In this document: in pieces, positions 20,386 to 30,396 of the stretch | Layout: the number at the start of each line of letters is the position of its first letter | Position numbering within the stretch: position 1 is the stretch's first letter | Assembly: GCA_963666985.2 (NCBI GenBank) | Contig: CAXXIA010000001.1 | Span: 928,001-992,000, forward strand | Direction of reading: 5' to 3' | Length of the DNA: 64,000 nucleotides | Origin: Spirochaetia bacterium | GTDB lineage: Bacteria > Spirochaetota > Spirochaetia > DSM-2461 | Notes under the pieces: generated by a model | What the model saw: only the letters and a program-made list of their open reading frames with translations | Told to the model about the DNA's origin: nothing | Databases searched by the model: none | Made by a program: the position numbers and the translations under genes

Positions 20386-20417
20386 AAAAAAAAGGGGGAC
20401 GGCAGAGCCGTCCCCCT
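20386..20417 (-). terminator. Intrinsic terminator/attenuating hairpin between the BMP binding-protein gene and the ATPase gene
   Basis: AGGGGGACGGC-aga-GCCGTCCCCCT perfect stem followed by a T run on the minus strand. Confidence 0.8.
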
Positions 20418-20432
20418 CGTCGTATGTTGAGT

Positions 20433-21530
20433 TTACTTGATCAGACTGCCCTGTTCCGCCGCAACGACGATTTGGCCGCCGGCGATTTTATCAAAAATGT
20501 CGGCGACTTTCTTCTCGACGGAAGAATCCAGATTGGGATTTTCGGTGGGAATGCCGACTCCGCCGTTGGAAGCATTCAAACGCAGGATTTGTCCCGCCGG
20601 GAATTTCCCGTTGAGTTCAGCCACGATCATATCGTAAGAAGCAACGTCGATATACTTCATGGCGGAAGTTAAGATAACGGAGTTTTTACCGTCATAAATG
20701 CCTTCGGGATACTGATCGACGTCCACGCCCACAATCCAGACCTTCTCGCCGTTTTTGGCCCTGGCTTTGGCTTCGTTAATACCGCCGATGCCCACACCGC
20801 CCGCGGCGCAGAAAATCACATCGACGCCCTTGTCGTACATACCGGCGGCAATCTGCTGACCGGCGGCGACATTGTCGAACGATCCCTGATAAATAACGTT
20901 GTCCGCTTTAATGACGACTTTGGTTCCCAATTCCTTGTTGGCATAAGCCAATCCCTGCTGGAAACCCCAGTTGAACTTCTGGACGGCCGGAATCTCCATG
21001 CCGCCGATGAAACCGGCTTCGCCTTCTTTCAGCTGAAGGGCGGTTGCGACACCGGCCAGAAATCCGGATTCCTGTTCGGCGAAATAAATGGCGACGACAT
21101 TGGGTTCAATTCGGAATTCCGAATAATCGGCGCTGTGAGGCTCACCGTCGATAAGGACGAATTTCGCATCGGGGTATTTATCCTGAGCGGCGAAAATCGC
21201 GGATTCGAACTTAAATCCGGGGGTAACGATGAATTTGTATCCGGCATCGTAAAGGTTACCGATTTCCTTGGTGTAATCGGCCTCCGTGGTTCCCGAAGGC
21301 TTGAGATACTTTTCTATAACCAAGCCTTCCGACGCCGCCTTGAGAATGCCTTCCCATGTTCCCTGATTGAAGGATTTGTCGTCGATGGTTCCGGCATCGG
21401 TAACCATACCGGCTTTCATTTTTGCTGCTGAACTTGAACCGGAAGCCGAACCCGAATCCGAAGAACCGCCGGCGAAAACCGCAAAAGCGGTAAGAGCCAA
21501 AATCGCGAATAGGGCAAATACTTTCTTCAT
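20433..21530 (-). CDS. BMP-family (PnrA/TmpC-like) nucleoside-binding protein
   Basis: DAGTIDDKSFNQGTWEG, GFIGGME, AAGGVG, IVGVDVDQ, LTSAMK. Start at 21530 from RBS spacing. Confidence 0.93.
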   Translation of the reverse strand: MKKVFALFAILALTAFAVFAGGSSDSGSASGSSSAAKMKAGMVTDAGTIDDKSFNQGTWEGILKAASEGLVIEKYLKPSGTTEADYTKEIGNLYDAGYKFIVTPGFKFESAIFAAQDKYPDAKFVLIDGEPHSADYSEFRIEPNVVAIYFAEQESGFLAGVATALQLKEGEAGFIGGMEIPAVQKFNWGFQQGLAYANKELGTKVVIKADNVIYQGSFDNVAAGQQIAAGMYDKGVDVIFCAAGGVGIGGINEAKARAKNGEKVWIVGVDVDQYPEGIYDGKNSVILTSAMKYIDVASYDMIVAELNGKFPAGQILRLNASNGGVGIPTENPNLDSSVEKKVADIFDKIAGGQIVVAAEQGSLIK

Positions 21531-21681
21531 TGACATTTCTCCTTTATTAGGTTGCACCTAGACTTTAAATATATCCGATGCGAAGGCCTGCTCGCAAGAA
21601 CATACGCTCTTGAGCCTTCATTTTAACAAAAACGGGAATCCGAAGTCTTGGAATCTACGATTTTGTCTGTTTTTTTGTTCA

Positions 21682-22878
21682 CTAAAGGGGGAAGTCCGTT
21701 CCTTCTCCTTTCGGATTCACATTTAATGATTTCTGTAAGGATACGGACAAATCCGCGAAACTGCCGCGAATCCCGATATCGGCGGCGGCGGCCGTCCGTG
21801 AAGAGTCCCCGATCCGTTCGGCGAGAATCGGAACATACTCCCGCGTATGGTCCGTTCCCTTGAATGTCGGATCGCATCCGTGGTCTCCGGTAACGGCAAG
21901 AATGTCTCCTTTGGACATCAAACGCTTCAGAGCGGGTATTGATTCGTCGATTCGAAACACGGCATCGTGATAGCCTTGAGGATCTCTTCTGTGTCCGTAA
22001 ATCATATCCGTATCCACGAGATTGACGAAAATAAACCGATCCTTTTTCGATTTTGCTTGCGCCAATTCCAAGGTTCGCTTCATACAGGCTTCATTCCCCG
22101 CGTCATGGTGGGAAAAGTCTATGCCCTGTTCATTGAAAATCGATCCGATTTTTCCGACGGCGTGGGTTTCCACTCCCCCATCGCGCATGTAATCAAGAAG
22201 CGTTTTTCCCGGCAGTTCGATAGACCAGTCATGGCGATCCTTCGTTCTGGAAAAACTTCCCGGTTTCCCTTCAAAGGGACGTGCGATAACGCGTCCGACA
22301 TTGTAAGGATCACACAGACGGCGGGCCGTTTCGCAGAGGCGATAGAGTTCGGGGAGCGGGAAAACATCGATATGCGCCGCTATCTGGAAGACCGAATCGG
22401 CCGAGGTATAACAGATGGGCTTGCCGGATTTCAAATGTTCTTCGCCCAACTCTTCGATGATAACCGTTCCCGAAGCGGCTTTATTGCCCAAAATGCCCGG
22501 TACGCCGGTTTCGGAAATAAATGAATGAACCAATTCGTCGGGAAACGAAGGGTGGCTCTCCGGAAAAACCGGGAACGGCTTCTCCAGAACGATTCCGGCC
22601 ATTTCCCAATGCCCCGTGGTTGTATCTTTTCCGGGAGATTTTTCGCTCATGGCGCCGAAAACTCCGGGAAGCGCCGTCACGGGCGGGCATCCGGGGATTT
22701 CCTCGCCTGTAAGCACGGCGACGTTTCCAAGGCCCATGGCTTGTAGATTCGGCCACTTGGCGCCTCCCACGGCCCGGCCGATGTGTACGGCCGTATTGGC
22801 GCCGACATCGCCGTATTCTTCCGCGTCAGGAAGAGATCCGATTCCGAAACTGTCGATAACAAGCAGAATGACTGTCAT
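21682..22878 (-). CDS. deoB: Phosphopentomutase
   Basis: VIDSFGIG, GKDTTTGHWE, YTSADSVFQIAAH, GHRRD, GDHGCDP. Confidence 0.96.
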   Translation of the reverse strand: MTVILLVIDSFGIGSLPDAEEYGDVGANTAVHIGRAVGGAKWPNLQAMGLGNVAVLTGEEIPGCPPVTALPGVFGAMSEKSPGKDTTTGHWEMAGIVLEKPFPVFPESHPSFPDELVHSFISETGVPGILGNKAASGTVIIEELGEEHLKSGKPICYTSADSVFQIAAHIDVFPLPELYRLCETARRLCDPYNVGRVIARPFEGKPGSFSRTKDRHDWSIELPGKTLLDYMRDGGVETHAVGKIGSIFNEQGIDFSHHDAGNEACMKRTLELAQAKSKKDRFIFVNLVDTDMIYGHRRDPQGYHDAVFRIDESIPALKRLMSKGDILAVTGDHGCDPTFKGTDHTREYVPILAERIGDSSRTAAAADIGIRGSFADLSVSLQKSLNVNPKGEGTDFPL

Positions 22879-22935
22879 ATGTTCCTCCCGGTCATTATGA
22901 GGCTCTTTTTACCTTTCTAATAATTCAAACGTATT

Positions 22936-24066
22936 CTAATCAAGATCAACGGCTCTGCGGTTATCTCTCAGACGGCCGGAAAGATAGACTTTATCAAGAT
23001 TCAGTTCGTTCGCGAGCGAAATGAGCTGATCGCGCCCCACGAGATTCTGTTCAACGAAGAGATAAGCCAAGGCTTTTTCGGCAATGCAGGGAACGAGAAG
23101 GGAATTCATGCAGATGGGCTGCGGATCGTTTCTGTCCATGTGGATTTCCCTTAACGAGGTATACAGGGCCGATTTCTCGGGGTCGTTTTTAAGCTGCGAA
23201 AGCTCGTTTTTCAGCGGCTTCAAGTCTCCCCGCGCGGCGGCCTCTCCCAGCGGTTTTAAGGTAAAGAAGGTGTATTCTTTCCCGGGCAGCCAGTGATGCC
23301 GATCGCAGCGCGTGCAGTAATCCGGATCGCGGGGATCTTTTTTATCGCGATCTCCTCCGATGATAATCAGCGGATCAAAGTACAGGGCCGGACATTCTTT
23401 GTCGTTCACCGAATAATATCGATACGTATAGAGAGAATCGCGAAGACAGTCCCGGTGCTCGCAATAAGCCGTCAGCGTGATGACATCCGTGGACGTTTCC
23501 AAGAGCAGCCGGGCCGTCGAATTGAATATCTCCCGTCTGAAATTCAGCACCAGAGTCGGATAAACGAAAAGCAGCCCCCGCTTTTCGGATTCCCTGGCCG
23601 TTACATAGGCCAGGCGTTCGTCGTAAAAAGAAGCTTCATCCACAATCCATGTACCGTGGCTTTGGTTGTCCAAAATAACCTTTTCAAGATCAAAGGAGTC
23701 CCTGATGCGGGCTATGCCCTCCCCGCATCGTTCGTATCCGCCGCGGTAGGCCAGCGCGTCTTCCGGATAATCCGGGAATCGTCCGGCATCAAGCATATTC
23801 CTGATGAAAAAAACCTTCCGCCTGTCGGCCCCTTCCGTGGTGGTGGCCGCGGCGATTTTGTCGGATTTTCTTAAGGCGATTTTCGCATCACGCCAAATTC
23901 CGGCGGAAAACTCCGTTTTCCCCGATCCCATGGGACCGATGACAAGGATGCGTCTGCCGACATGTGTAAAATCGAAATGATTCTTGGATCTGTGAATGCG
24001 GATATTCGGGAATCCGAGGCTTCTCAGAAAATCTGCGGCTTCGCCGGTCGCAGGCCCTCCGTTCAT
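22936..24066 (-). CDS. tdk: Thymidine kinase, long spirochete-type form
   Basis: GPMGSGKT Walker A, DEASF Walker B, Zn ligands YCEHRDC..CTRC; about 110 aa C-terminal extension. Confidence 0.85.
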   Translation of the reverse strand: MNGGPATGEAADFLRSLGFPNIRIHRSKNHFDFTHVGRRILVIGPMGSGKTEFSAGIWRDAKIALRKSDKIAAATTTEGADRRKVFFIRNMLDAGRFPDYPEDALAYRGGYERCGEGIARIRDSFDLEKVILDNQSHGTWIVDEASFYDERLAYVTARESEKRGLLFVYPTLVLNFRREIFNSTARLLLETSTDVITLTAYCEHRDCLRDSLYTYRYYSVNDKECPALYFDPLIIIGGDRDKKDPRDPDYCTRCDRHHWLPGKEYTFFTLKPLGEAAARGDLKPLKNELSQLKNDPEKSALYTSLREIHMDRNDPQPICMNSLLVPCIAEKALAYLFVEQNLVGRDQLISLANELNLDKVYLSGRLRDNRRAVDLD

Positions 24067-24794
24067 GATTTCTCTTCCTCACGGGCATTGATAACAGGAT
24101 TCCGCAGCGTCCCGATCCCTTCGATTTCCACTTCAACGACATCTCCGGCTTTTATGGGCCCAACTCCCGCCGGTGTTCCCGTAAAAATCAAATCGCCTTC
24201 TTCCAGTGTGAACTGGCGGCTAATAAACGAAATCAGTTCGTCGACGGGGAAGATTAATAAAGACGTTCGAGATTCCTGAACCGTTTTTCCGTTTAATCGG
24301 GTGGTAATGGAGAGATCTGCGGCGCCGTTAAGATCTTCAGCCCGGGCAACCGCAGGCCCAACGGGGCCGAATCCGTCGAAGGATTTGCCGCGGAACCAGC
24401 CCGATCTGTCCGACCTCTGCAAATTCCTCTGGCTGACATCGTTTCCGCAGGTGAAGCCGAAAATAAATTCGGAGGCTTTCCCGCGGGGAATATCCTTTCC
24501 CTTTTTTGCAACAATCACCACCAGTTCGCCTTCATAATCGGTTCTTTCTTCCTTTGACCACGAGTAGTCTTGGATGACTTTCGGAATGGGAATCGGATCA
24601 CCGGAGGAGATGAGAACGTTGGGCGTTTTACAAAATAAGACGGGTTCGGAAGGAATACTCCCATCCATCCCGCGGACTTTTACCGATTCACTTTCGGCGA
24701 TATGTGCGTGATAATTCAAACCGACTGCGATAATCTTCGACGGACTTATTGTGTATGTATCCTGTGAGTTCAGGATTGGAAGCTGAATACTCAT
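24063..24794 (-). CDS. Fumarylacetoacetate hydrolase family protein
   Basis: KIIAVGLNYHAH, DYEGEL, NDVSQR, GKSFDGF, GDLIFTGTPAGVG. Confidence 0.92.
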   Translation of the reverse strand: MSIQLPILNSQDTYTISPSKIIAVGLNYHAHIAESESVKVRGMDGSIPSEPVLFCKTPNVLISSGDPIPIPKVIQDYSWSKEERTDYEGELVVIVAKKGKDIPRGKASEFIFGFTCGNDVSQRNLQRSDRSGWFRGKSFDGFGPVGPAVARAEDLNGAADLSITTRLNGKTVQESRTSLLIFPVDELISFISRQFTLEEGDLIFTGTPAGVGPIKAGDVVEVEIEGIGTLRNPVINAREEEKS

Positions 24795-24929
24795 GTCCGC
24801 AACTATACAACCGCCCCCCTTGGAGGGTGAAGCCGCGTTTTTTGAATATTAAGGGGCGCGGCATTCCATACCGATGGAGAAATAGGGAATACCGACTTTG
24901 TATATCGAAATAGAAATTGAGGTTGTCCG

Positions 24930-27446
24930 ATGCTGAAGAAGACTTGTCTCGCCGTATTACTTGTTCTGATTTCATACGCCCTTTGGGCCTCCGGAAAAAC
25001 AGATGAGGGCTCAAGCGATGTGGGTATTGAACAGCCCGGATCCGCGAGTAAAAAAAAGGCGACAATCCTTGATTTGGCGGAACAAGGCGATGCGGCCGGA
25101 ATTGAAAGCATGCTCAAGGTCGACATCAACCTTGATGAACGGAATGCCGAAGGATTAACGGCTCTTCATATCGCTTCACGTTCGGGAGATGCGGCCATCG
25201 TCGAAACGCTGCTGCGCCGCGGCGCCGCCGTAGACGCAATCGACGCAAACGGAAGAACTCCGCTTCTGCTGGCCGTCGAAGGAGGACATGCCGCCGTATG
25301 TACGGCGCTTCTTCATGCCGGAGCCGATATTTCCATCGCGGACAATTCGGGGGTATCGCCCGCGAAGGCGCTTCTGTCCGGCTCCGCGGCTCTTATACCC
25401 GCCCTGGTTACGTCTCAGAATGCCGATATCCCGGCGGTTGACGGAATTCCTCTTCTCCATGCGGCGGCCGCCGCCGGTAAAACCGATCATGTTTCGGCTT
25501 TGCTGAACGCCGGCGCCGATCCCAAGCGAAAGGATTCTGCGGGGAAAACACCTCTTGACGAGGCCCTTTCGGGGAATGTCGGCGTGAAAAAATGCGAGTG
25601 TGCCGCGATTCTTCTTCGCGGGGGCTCGCCGCCGCCCGCTTCCAAGGACTGGGCATACATAACAGAACCCCTCAGAAGTGGAAATACAAAACTTCGGTTC
25701 GATTACGGTTCCACGGCGCTTCATCTGGCGGCGGAACACGGTCAGGAGGGCATGGTCCGTTATCTGCTGAGCATCGGGGCGGATATCAACGAGCGGGATC
25801 AGCCCGGGAACACGGCCCTTCACATCGCCGTGAGGAAAGGCTACAGAACCATCTCGTCCTTATTAATCGATATGGGATCCGACGTGAATGTTCGCGACTA
25901 TAACGGGAATGCTCCGATTCATGAGTCTCTGACGGCCTCGGACGACTACGCGATTATGAAAATGCTTCTGGACAGAGGTGCCGATCCGAATGCAAAAAAC
26001 GGTTCGGGCAGCACGCCCCTGCATCTTGCGATTATTCTGAATGCCGAGGTTTCCGCCGTGCGGACATTGCTCGACTACGGAGCTTTGGTCGATTCGCGCG
26101 ACAGAAACGGCAACACCCCGCTTCTGCTGGCCGCCGAAGCACGCAACAAAGAAGATGCGGAGCTCCTCCTTTCCGAAGGAGCCGCCATCCACTCAAGAAA
26201 TAACAAGGGGCTGACTCCGGCAATTTCGATTTTGAAGTCGGGCGAAGAAAACAGCCGCTGGTTTTTTACCGGGAATCGGCTTCATGAGACCGACAACGAC
26301 GGTCTGAGCGTTCTTCACATCGGAGTATCCATGGGAATCGATACACGGACTCTAACGGTCCTGCTGGACGCGGGAGCTCCGCCGGATTTAAGGGATTTTA
26401 ACGGTGAAACGGCACTGCATTACGCGGTCTCTTCGATGCGAATGGATCTGGCTTCGATTCTTATGGATTACGGCGCCGATCCGTTCATGGAAAACAATGC
26501 CGGTATAACCCCGCTCATTCTTTCTTTCGAACAAGGCCCGGAAACCGCTACGCTGTTTCTTAAAGGCCGCATAGACATTACCGATGCGTGGGGATGCACT
26601 CCGCTGTTCCATGCCGTCCGCTGGGATTATCCCGAAGATGCCGCCGCCCTGCTGGAAGCGGGTGCCGATGCGGATTATCGCAATAATTACGGCGGGACAT
26701 CCTTGCATGAGGCGGTAAAGGCCAATTCACTGAAATCGGCGCAGTTGCTCCTCGACGGCGGAGCCGATCCGAATGCCGATGACGACTTGGGAAGAACCCC
26801 GCTGCATGACGCGGTTACTTGGGGTGCTTTTGAGATGGCCCGGCTCCTGGTGAAAAACGGAGCGGACCGGAATGCCCGAGACGGCGGCGGACAAACGGCG
26901 CTTCACATGGCTGCTTTCGCCGGGAACGATGATATTACCGAATGGCTTCTTTCTTCAGGAGCCGATCCGGATGTGAGTGACAACGACGGCCGTTCGCCCC
27001 TGTTCATCGCGGCGGAATCCGACAGTGTTTCAACGGCGGCGCTGCTGCTTCGAAACGGCGCGAATCTGAACCTGCGGGATAAAAACGGCCGGACGGTTCT
27101 TCATGCGGCGATCGCCTCGGGCCGAACCAAAGCCGCTTCGTTTTTTATTGATTCGGGAAGCGATATTTTCGCCAAAGACGCTTCGGGGATTTCACCGTTT
27201 GATTTGGCTCTGGAGGGCGGACCGGCCGTAATGGAAGCTCTCTGCACCCCCGCATTGGTGAGAAAGCAGGATAATAACGGCAACACGCCCCTTCATCTGG
27301 CGGTCGCGGCGAATGCCGACGAGAGGATCGTAAACATCATTCTTAATAAAGGCGCCGTCAGATCGGCAAGAAACGCATTGGGGAAAACTCCGGCCGATCT
27401 GGCCGTACAAAACGGGAATGAAACGCTTGCGTCACTGGTCCGCTGA
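24930..27446 (+). CDS. Exported ankyrin-repeat protein
   Basis: Signal-like N-terminus followed by many GxT(A/P)LH.A..G...LL..GAD.N repeats. Confidence 0.93.
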   Translation: MLKKTCLAVLLVLISYALWASGKTDEGSSDVGIEQPGSASKKKATILDLAEQGDAAGIESMLKVDINLDERNAEGLTALHIASRSGDAAIVETLLRRGAAVDAIDANGRTPLLLAVEGGHAAVCTALLHAGADISIADNSGVSPAKALLSGSAALIPALVTSQNADIPAVDGIPLLHAAAAAGKTDHVSALLNAGADPKRKDSAGKTPLDEALSGNVGVKKCECAAILLRGGSPPPASKDWAYITEPLRSGNTKLRFDYGSTALHLAAEHGQEGMVRYLLSIGADINERDQPGNTALHIAVRKGYRTISSLLIDMGSDVNVRDYNGNAPIHESLTASDDYAIMKMLLDRGADPNAKNGSGSTPLHLAIILNAEVSAVRTLLDYGALVDSRDRNGNTPLLLAAEARNKEDAELLLSEGAAIHSRNNKGLTPAISILKSGEENSRWFFTGNRLHETDNDGLSVLHIGVSMGIDTRTLTVLLDAGAPPDLRDFNGETALHYAVSSMRMDLASILMDYGADPFMENNAGITPLILSFEQGPETATLFLKGRIDITDAWGCTPLFHAVRWDYPEDAAALLEAGADADYRNNYGGTSLHEAVKANSLKSAQLLLDGGADPNADDDLGRTPLHDAVTWGAFEMARLLVKNGADRNARDGGGQTALHMAAFAGNDDITEWLLSSGADPDVSDNDGRSPLFIAAESDSVSTAALLLRNGANLNLRDKNGRTVLHAAIASGRTKAASFFIDSGSDIFAKDASGISPFDLALEGGPAVMEALCTPALVRKQDNNGNTPLHLAVAANADERIVNIILNKGAVRSARNALGKTPADLAVQNGNETLASLVR

Positions 27447-27585
27447 TAATGTAAAGAACGGCTTTTTATTGTGACCACGTTGTAAGCCGTCCGTACGGGC
27501 TTGAATCCCCGTGCTCTTCAGACATCCTCATAAAAGTGCGTCGAAGATTTCTCATCAGGAATCTGAGAAGCCGAATAAGCTGCCC

Positions 27586-28200
27586 TCAGCTTAAAATATC
27601 ATTCATGAAAGATGCCAGAACCCGCAGGGCGTTCGTGTTGTATCCGCCTTCGGGGATGATGATGTCGGCATATTCTTTGGTAGGCTCGATGAACATATAA
27701 TGCGCCGGGCGGACAACTTCCAGATACTGTTTGATAACGGATTCAACGGTTCGTCCGCGTTCGGTTATGTCTCTTTCAAGCCGCCTTATGAAGCGGATAT
27801 CATCGGGGGTGTCCACGTAAATTTTCAGGTTCATCATGTCCCGAACGGCTTTTTCGAAAAAAACCATGATTCCTTCCACAAGAACAACTTTACTCGGCTG
27901 AACGGTTATGGTTTTATCCGCTCGCCGGTGATGAACGAAATCGTATGTGGGCATGTTGATGGTGTTGCCGGCCTTTAACTCCGTTAGATGTTCCATGAGA
28001 AGATCGGTATCAAAGGCATCGGGATGATCGAAGTTGAAGTCGGTGATGTTCGTATTGGAAATATTGGCGGCGCTTTTGTAGTAATTGTCCTGCGGGATGA
28101 AGACGAAGTCTTTTACGCGGTCGGCGATTCGCTTTATGATTGTTGTTTTTCCGGATCCCGAACCGCCGGAAATCCCTATAAGCCGGATTCCATTTCCCAT
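27586..28200 (-). CDS. udk: Uridine kinase
   Basis: GISGGSGSGKTT, QDNYYK, NFDHPDAFD, RRLERDITERGR. Confidence 0.96.
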   Translation of the reverse strand: MGNGIRLIGISGGSGSGKTTIIKRIADRVKDFVFIPQDNYYKSAANISNTNITDFNFDHPDAFDTDLLMEHLTELKAGNTINMPTYDFVHHRRADKTITVQPSKVVLVEGIMVFFEKAVRDMMNLKIYVDTPDDIRFIRRLERDITERGRTVESVIKQYLEVVRPAHYMFIEPTKEYADIIIPEGGYNTNALRVLASFMNDILS

Positions 28201-29003
28201 CAGAGCACCTCCGATTCGAGCTCCATAAGTCTCTTTTCGACACTTTTCAGCTTCTTGGTAAGATTGACAATATCGTTTTCCAGCCGCTTTTTACGCGCCT
28301 GAAGATGTCCGACTTCGGATTCGGGTTTCTTTTTGGAATCCATGATTTTTCGGCGCACTTGAGAAAATGTCTGTCCCTCGCGGAACGAATCAACCGCTTC
28401 GGCACGCTCTTTCGGATTTCGAATGGCGGCGACGGTCTTCATTTTGTCAAAACCCAGGTTCTCATCGACATCAAAAGAATAGACCTTCATAAGGGTTCGT
28501 GCGGAACCGCGGTCCATGCCGAGAATCCGTTCGGTATAATCTTCGAATACGACATTTTTTTCTTTACAGAGATTCATCACTTCAATGAGGATTTTCCCGA
28601 ACTCTTTCATGAGATTTCCGTTTTTTGATAAAAAATCGTTCCGAATCCGTTCGGTGATCGCTTTGAATTCGGGATCGGTTTCGAAAACATTCTCGTAGAT
28701 CCCCGTTCTTTCGGCCTTGTCCAGTAAATCATGGAAAATAGTCCAAAATCGGTTCGTATGAGCTCTGCCGGTTACTTCTTCCGGATAACTCGTGAAATGA
28801 ACATGATGCGCGAACTCATGAACGGCCGTATAAAGCATCGTATTATCGGAAGAAAAATTCTTATTGTGGATGAGGATTTCTCTTGATTCGGGTTTGTAGA
28901 GGCCTTCAACCCGTCTGCTTTCTTTACCGGTGAAAATTACGGAAAAATCGGGAACATCACTCTTTATCGAAAGAAGTTTTTCTTTTACTTGATCTTGATT
29001 CAT
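28200..29003 (-). CDS. HExxH (SprT-like) metallopeptidase-domain protein with an HTH/coiled-coil C-terminus
   Basis: GLY..ILIH..HEFAHH..H..FW. 1-nt TGATG overlap with udk. Confidence 0.75.
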   Translation of the reverse strand: MNQDQVKEKLLSIKSDVPDFSVIFTGKESRRVEGLYKPESREILIHNKNFSSDNTMLYTAVHEFAHHVHFTSYPEEVTGRAHTNRFWTIFHDLLDKAERTGIYENVFETDPEFKAITERIRNDFLSKNGNLMKEFGKILIEVMNLCKEKNVVFEDYTERILGMDRGSARTLMKVYSFDVDENLGFDKMKTVAAIRNPKERAEAVDSFREGQTFSQVRRKIMDSKKKPESEVGHLQARKKRLENDIVNLTKKLKSVEKRLMELESEVL

Positions 29004-29084
29004 CAGTACCTCGGAGATTCGCGGGCAATGGAGCCGTGATAAGACCTTCCGTCAAACAGGCGGCAAAGATCCTTCATATTCATT

Positions 29085-30380
29085 TTAGCGTCGAATATTT
29101 CTTAATAGAGAAATATCTTTCAGGCGCCATCGCCTTTCTATCGATTCGGCGGCAACCAGCGGCATCTCGGCGATGATTTCATTATCAAGAGTCCATGAAA
29201 CCATTCCGAGTTCATCGCCTTCCGAGATCGGAGCCGCTACAAATTCCGGTACATCAATATGCGATATGATTCGCTCGGAATCGCCCTTTTGGAGGGTCAG
29301 CGGGAGAGGAAGGGATTCCGAAACAGCGTGAACAACGGATTCTTTTCCATGCAGAACCGAAGTTTCGGCCGAAGGAGGCTGAAGCACTCTCCAAGTTTCA
29401 TAGTGTTCAAAACCCAAATCCAGTAATGCCGCCGCTTCTTCGGCCCGTATCAGAAGACCTTCTCTGAACACGTCCGATTTGATTCCCATCAGAAGGACGA
29501 TCAGCCGTGTGCCTTCCCGTTCGGCGGTAGCAAGAAAATGGAATCCCGCCGAGGGTATGGTCCCCGTTTTCAAACCGTCGATTCCAGGATATCCGCCGAG
29601 AAGCAGATTCGTATTTTTCATCCGACGGTTTCTCATTCCGGCCGTCAATTCATCAGCTTCATCGTACTCCATGGTTTTCAGGGAATGGATTTCCCTAAGA
29701 GCCGCCGGATGAAGTTTTATATAAGCCCTTGCCAGAGTCCATTGATCATAGCCGGTTGTGGAAGAAAGAGCCGACCATCCGTCCGGATCGGTGTATATGG
29801 TGTAGGAAAGGCCCAACCGGCGGGACTCGGCATTCATACGCGCCATAAAATCATCAGCGTTTCCCGATGAAGAAAGCAGGGCCAGTGTCCAAGCCGCATC
29901 GTTTGCCGAAAGGATTGCCGCCGCCCGCTGAAGTGTTAAAATCGTCGCTTTATCATTTTCAGTCAGTCCGAACGCGCTGGAGCCGTATCTCATGGCGGAA
30001 GCAGTACCTTCGGGCGGAATTGAATAGGCAGAATCCGAACGCAAGATTCCCCTCTCAACATCCAAAAGCGAAAGATGGAGCGTCATGATTTTGGCTAAAG
30101 ATGCCGGCGGCAGAGGTGTGTGGGGATTCTTCGAAGCAAGGACGGTTCCTGTTTCGGCGTCTCCCAGAATAATAACAGGCGCCTGGAAGCGTTCAAGATC
30201 ATCCGCTGTAAATACCGGTGGCTGATAAGCTCCCGCGTTACCCGCCGCGGCAATGATGAGAATGGCTTGAACGATAAAGGCTACGGGAAAATACCCATCC
30301 GATTTAAAATTCTTTCTTACACACTTGGATATCGCTCCATGCGTAGAAGAGCTTAAGCGGACATGGTTTTTTTTCTTCAA
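29085..30380 (-). CDS. D-alanyl-D-alanine carboxypeptidase (peptidase S11); start uncertain
   Basis: PASLAK (SxxK), SAND (SxN) and GLKTG motifs; PBP5-type C-terminal domain. Confidence 0.92.
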   Translation of the reverse strand: MKKKNHVRLSSSTHGAISKCVRKNFKSDGYFPVAFIVQAILIIAAAGNAGAYQPPVFTADDLERFQAPVIILGDAETGTVLASKNPHTPLPPASLAKIMTLHLSLLDVERGILRSDSAYSIPPEGTASAMRYGSSAFGLTENDKATILTLQRAAAILSANDAAWTLALLSSSGNADDFMARMNAESRRLGLSYTIYTDPDGWSALSSTTGYDQWTLARAYIKLHPAALREIHSLKTMEYDEADELTAGMRNRRMKNTNLLLGGYPGIDGLKTGTIPSAGFHFLATAEREGTRLIVLLMGIKSDVFREGLLIRAEEAAALLDLGFEHYETWRVLQPPSAETSVLHGKESVVHAVSESLPLPLTLQKGDSERIISHIDVPEFVAAPISEGDELGMVSWTLDNEIIAEMPLVAAESIERRWRLKDISLLRNIRR

Positions 30381-30396
30381 TCTTAGCTCTTCAATC

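Noticed and set aside
24930..27446. Ankyrin protein as a host-targeted effector or evidence of horizontal transfer
   Set aside because: Large exported ankyrin proteins are known in spirochetes, and its composition looks like the surrounding core genes.
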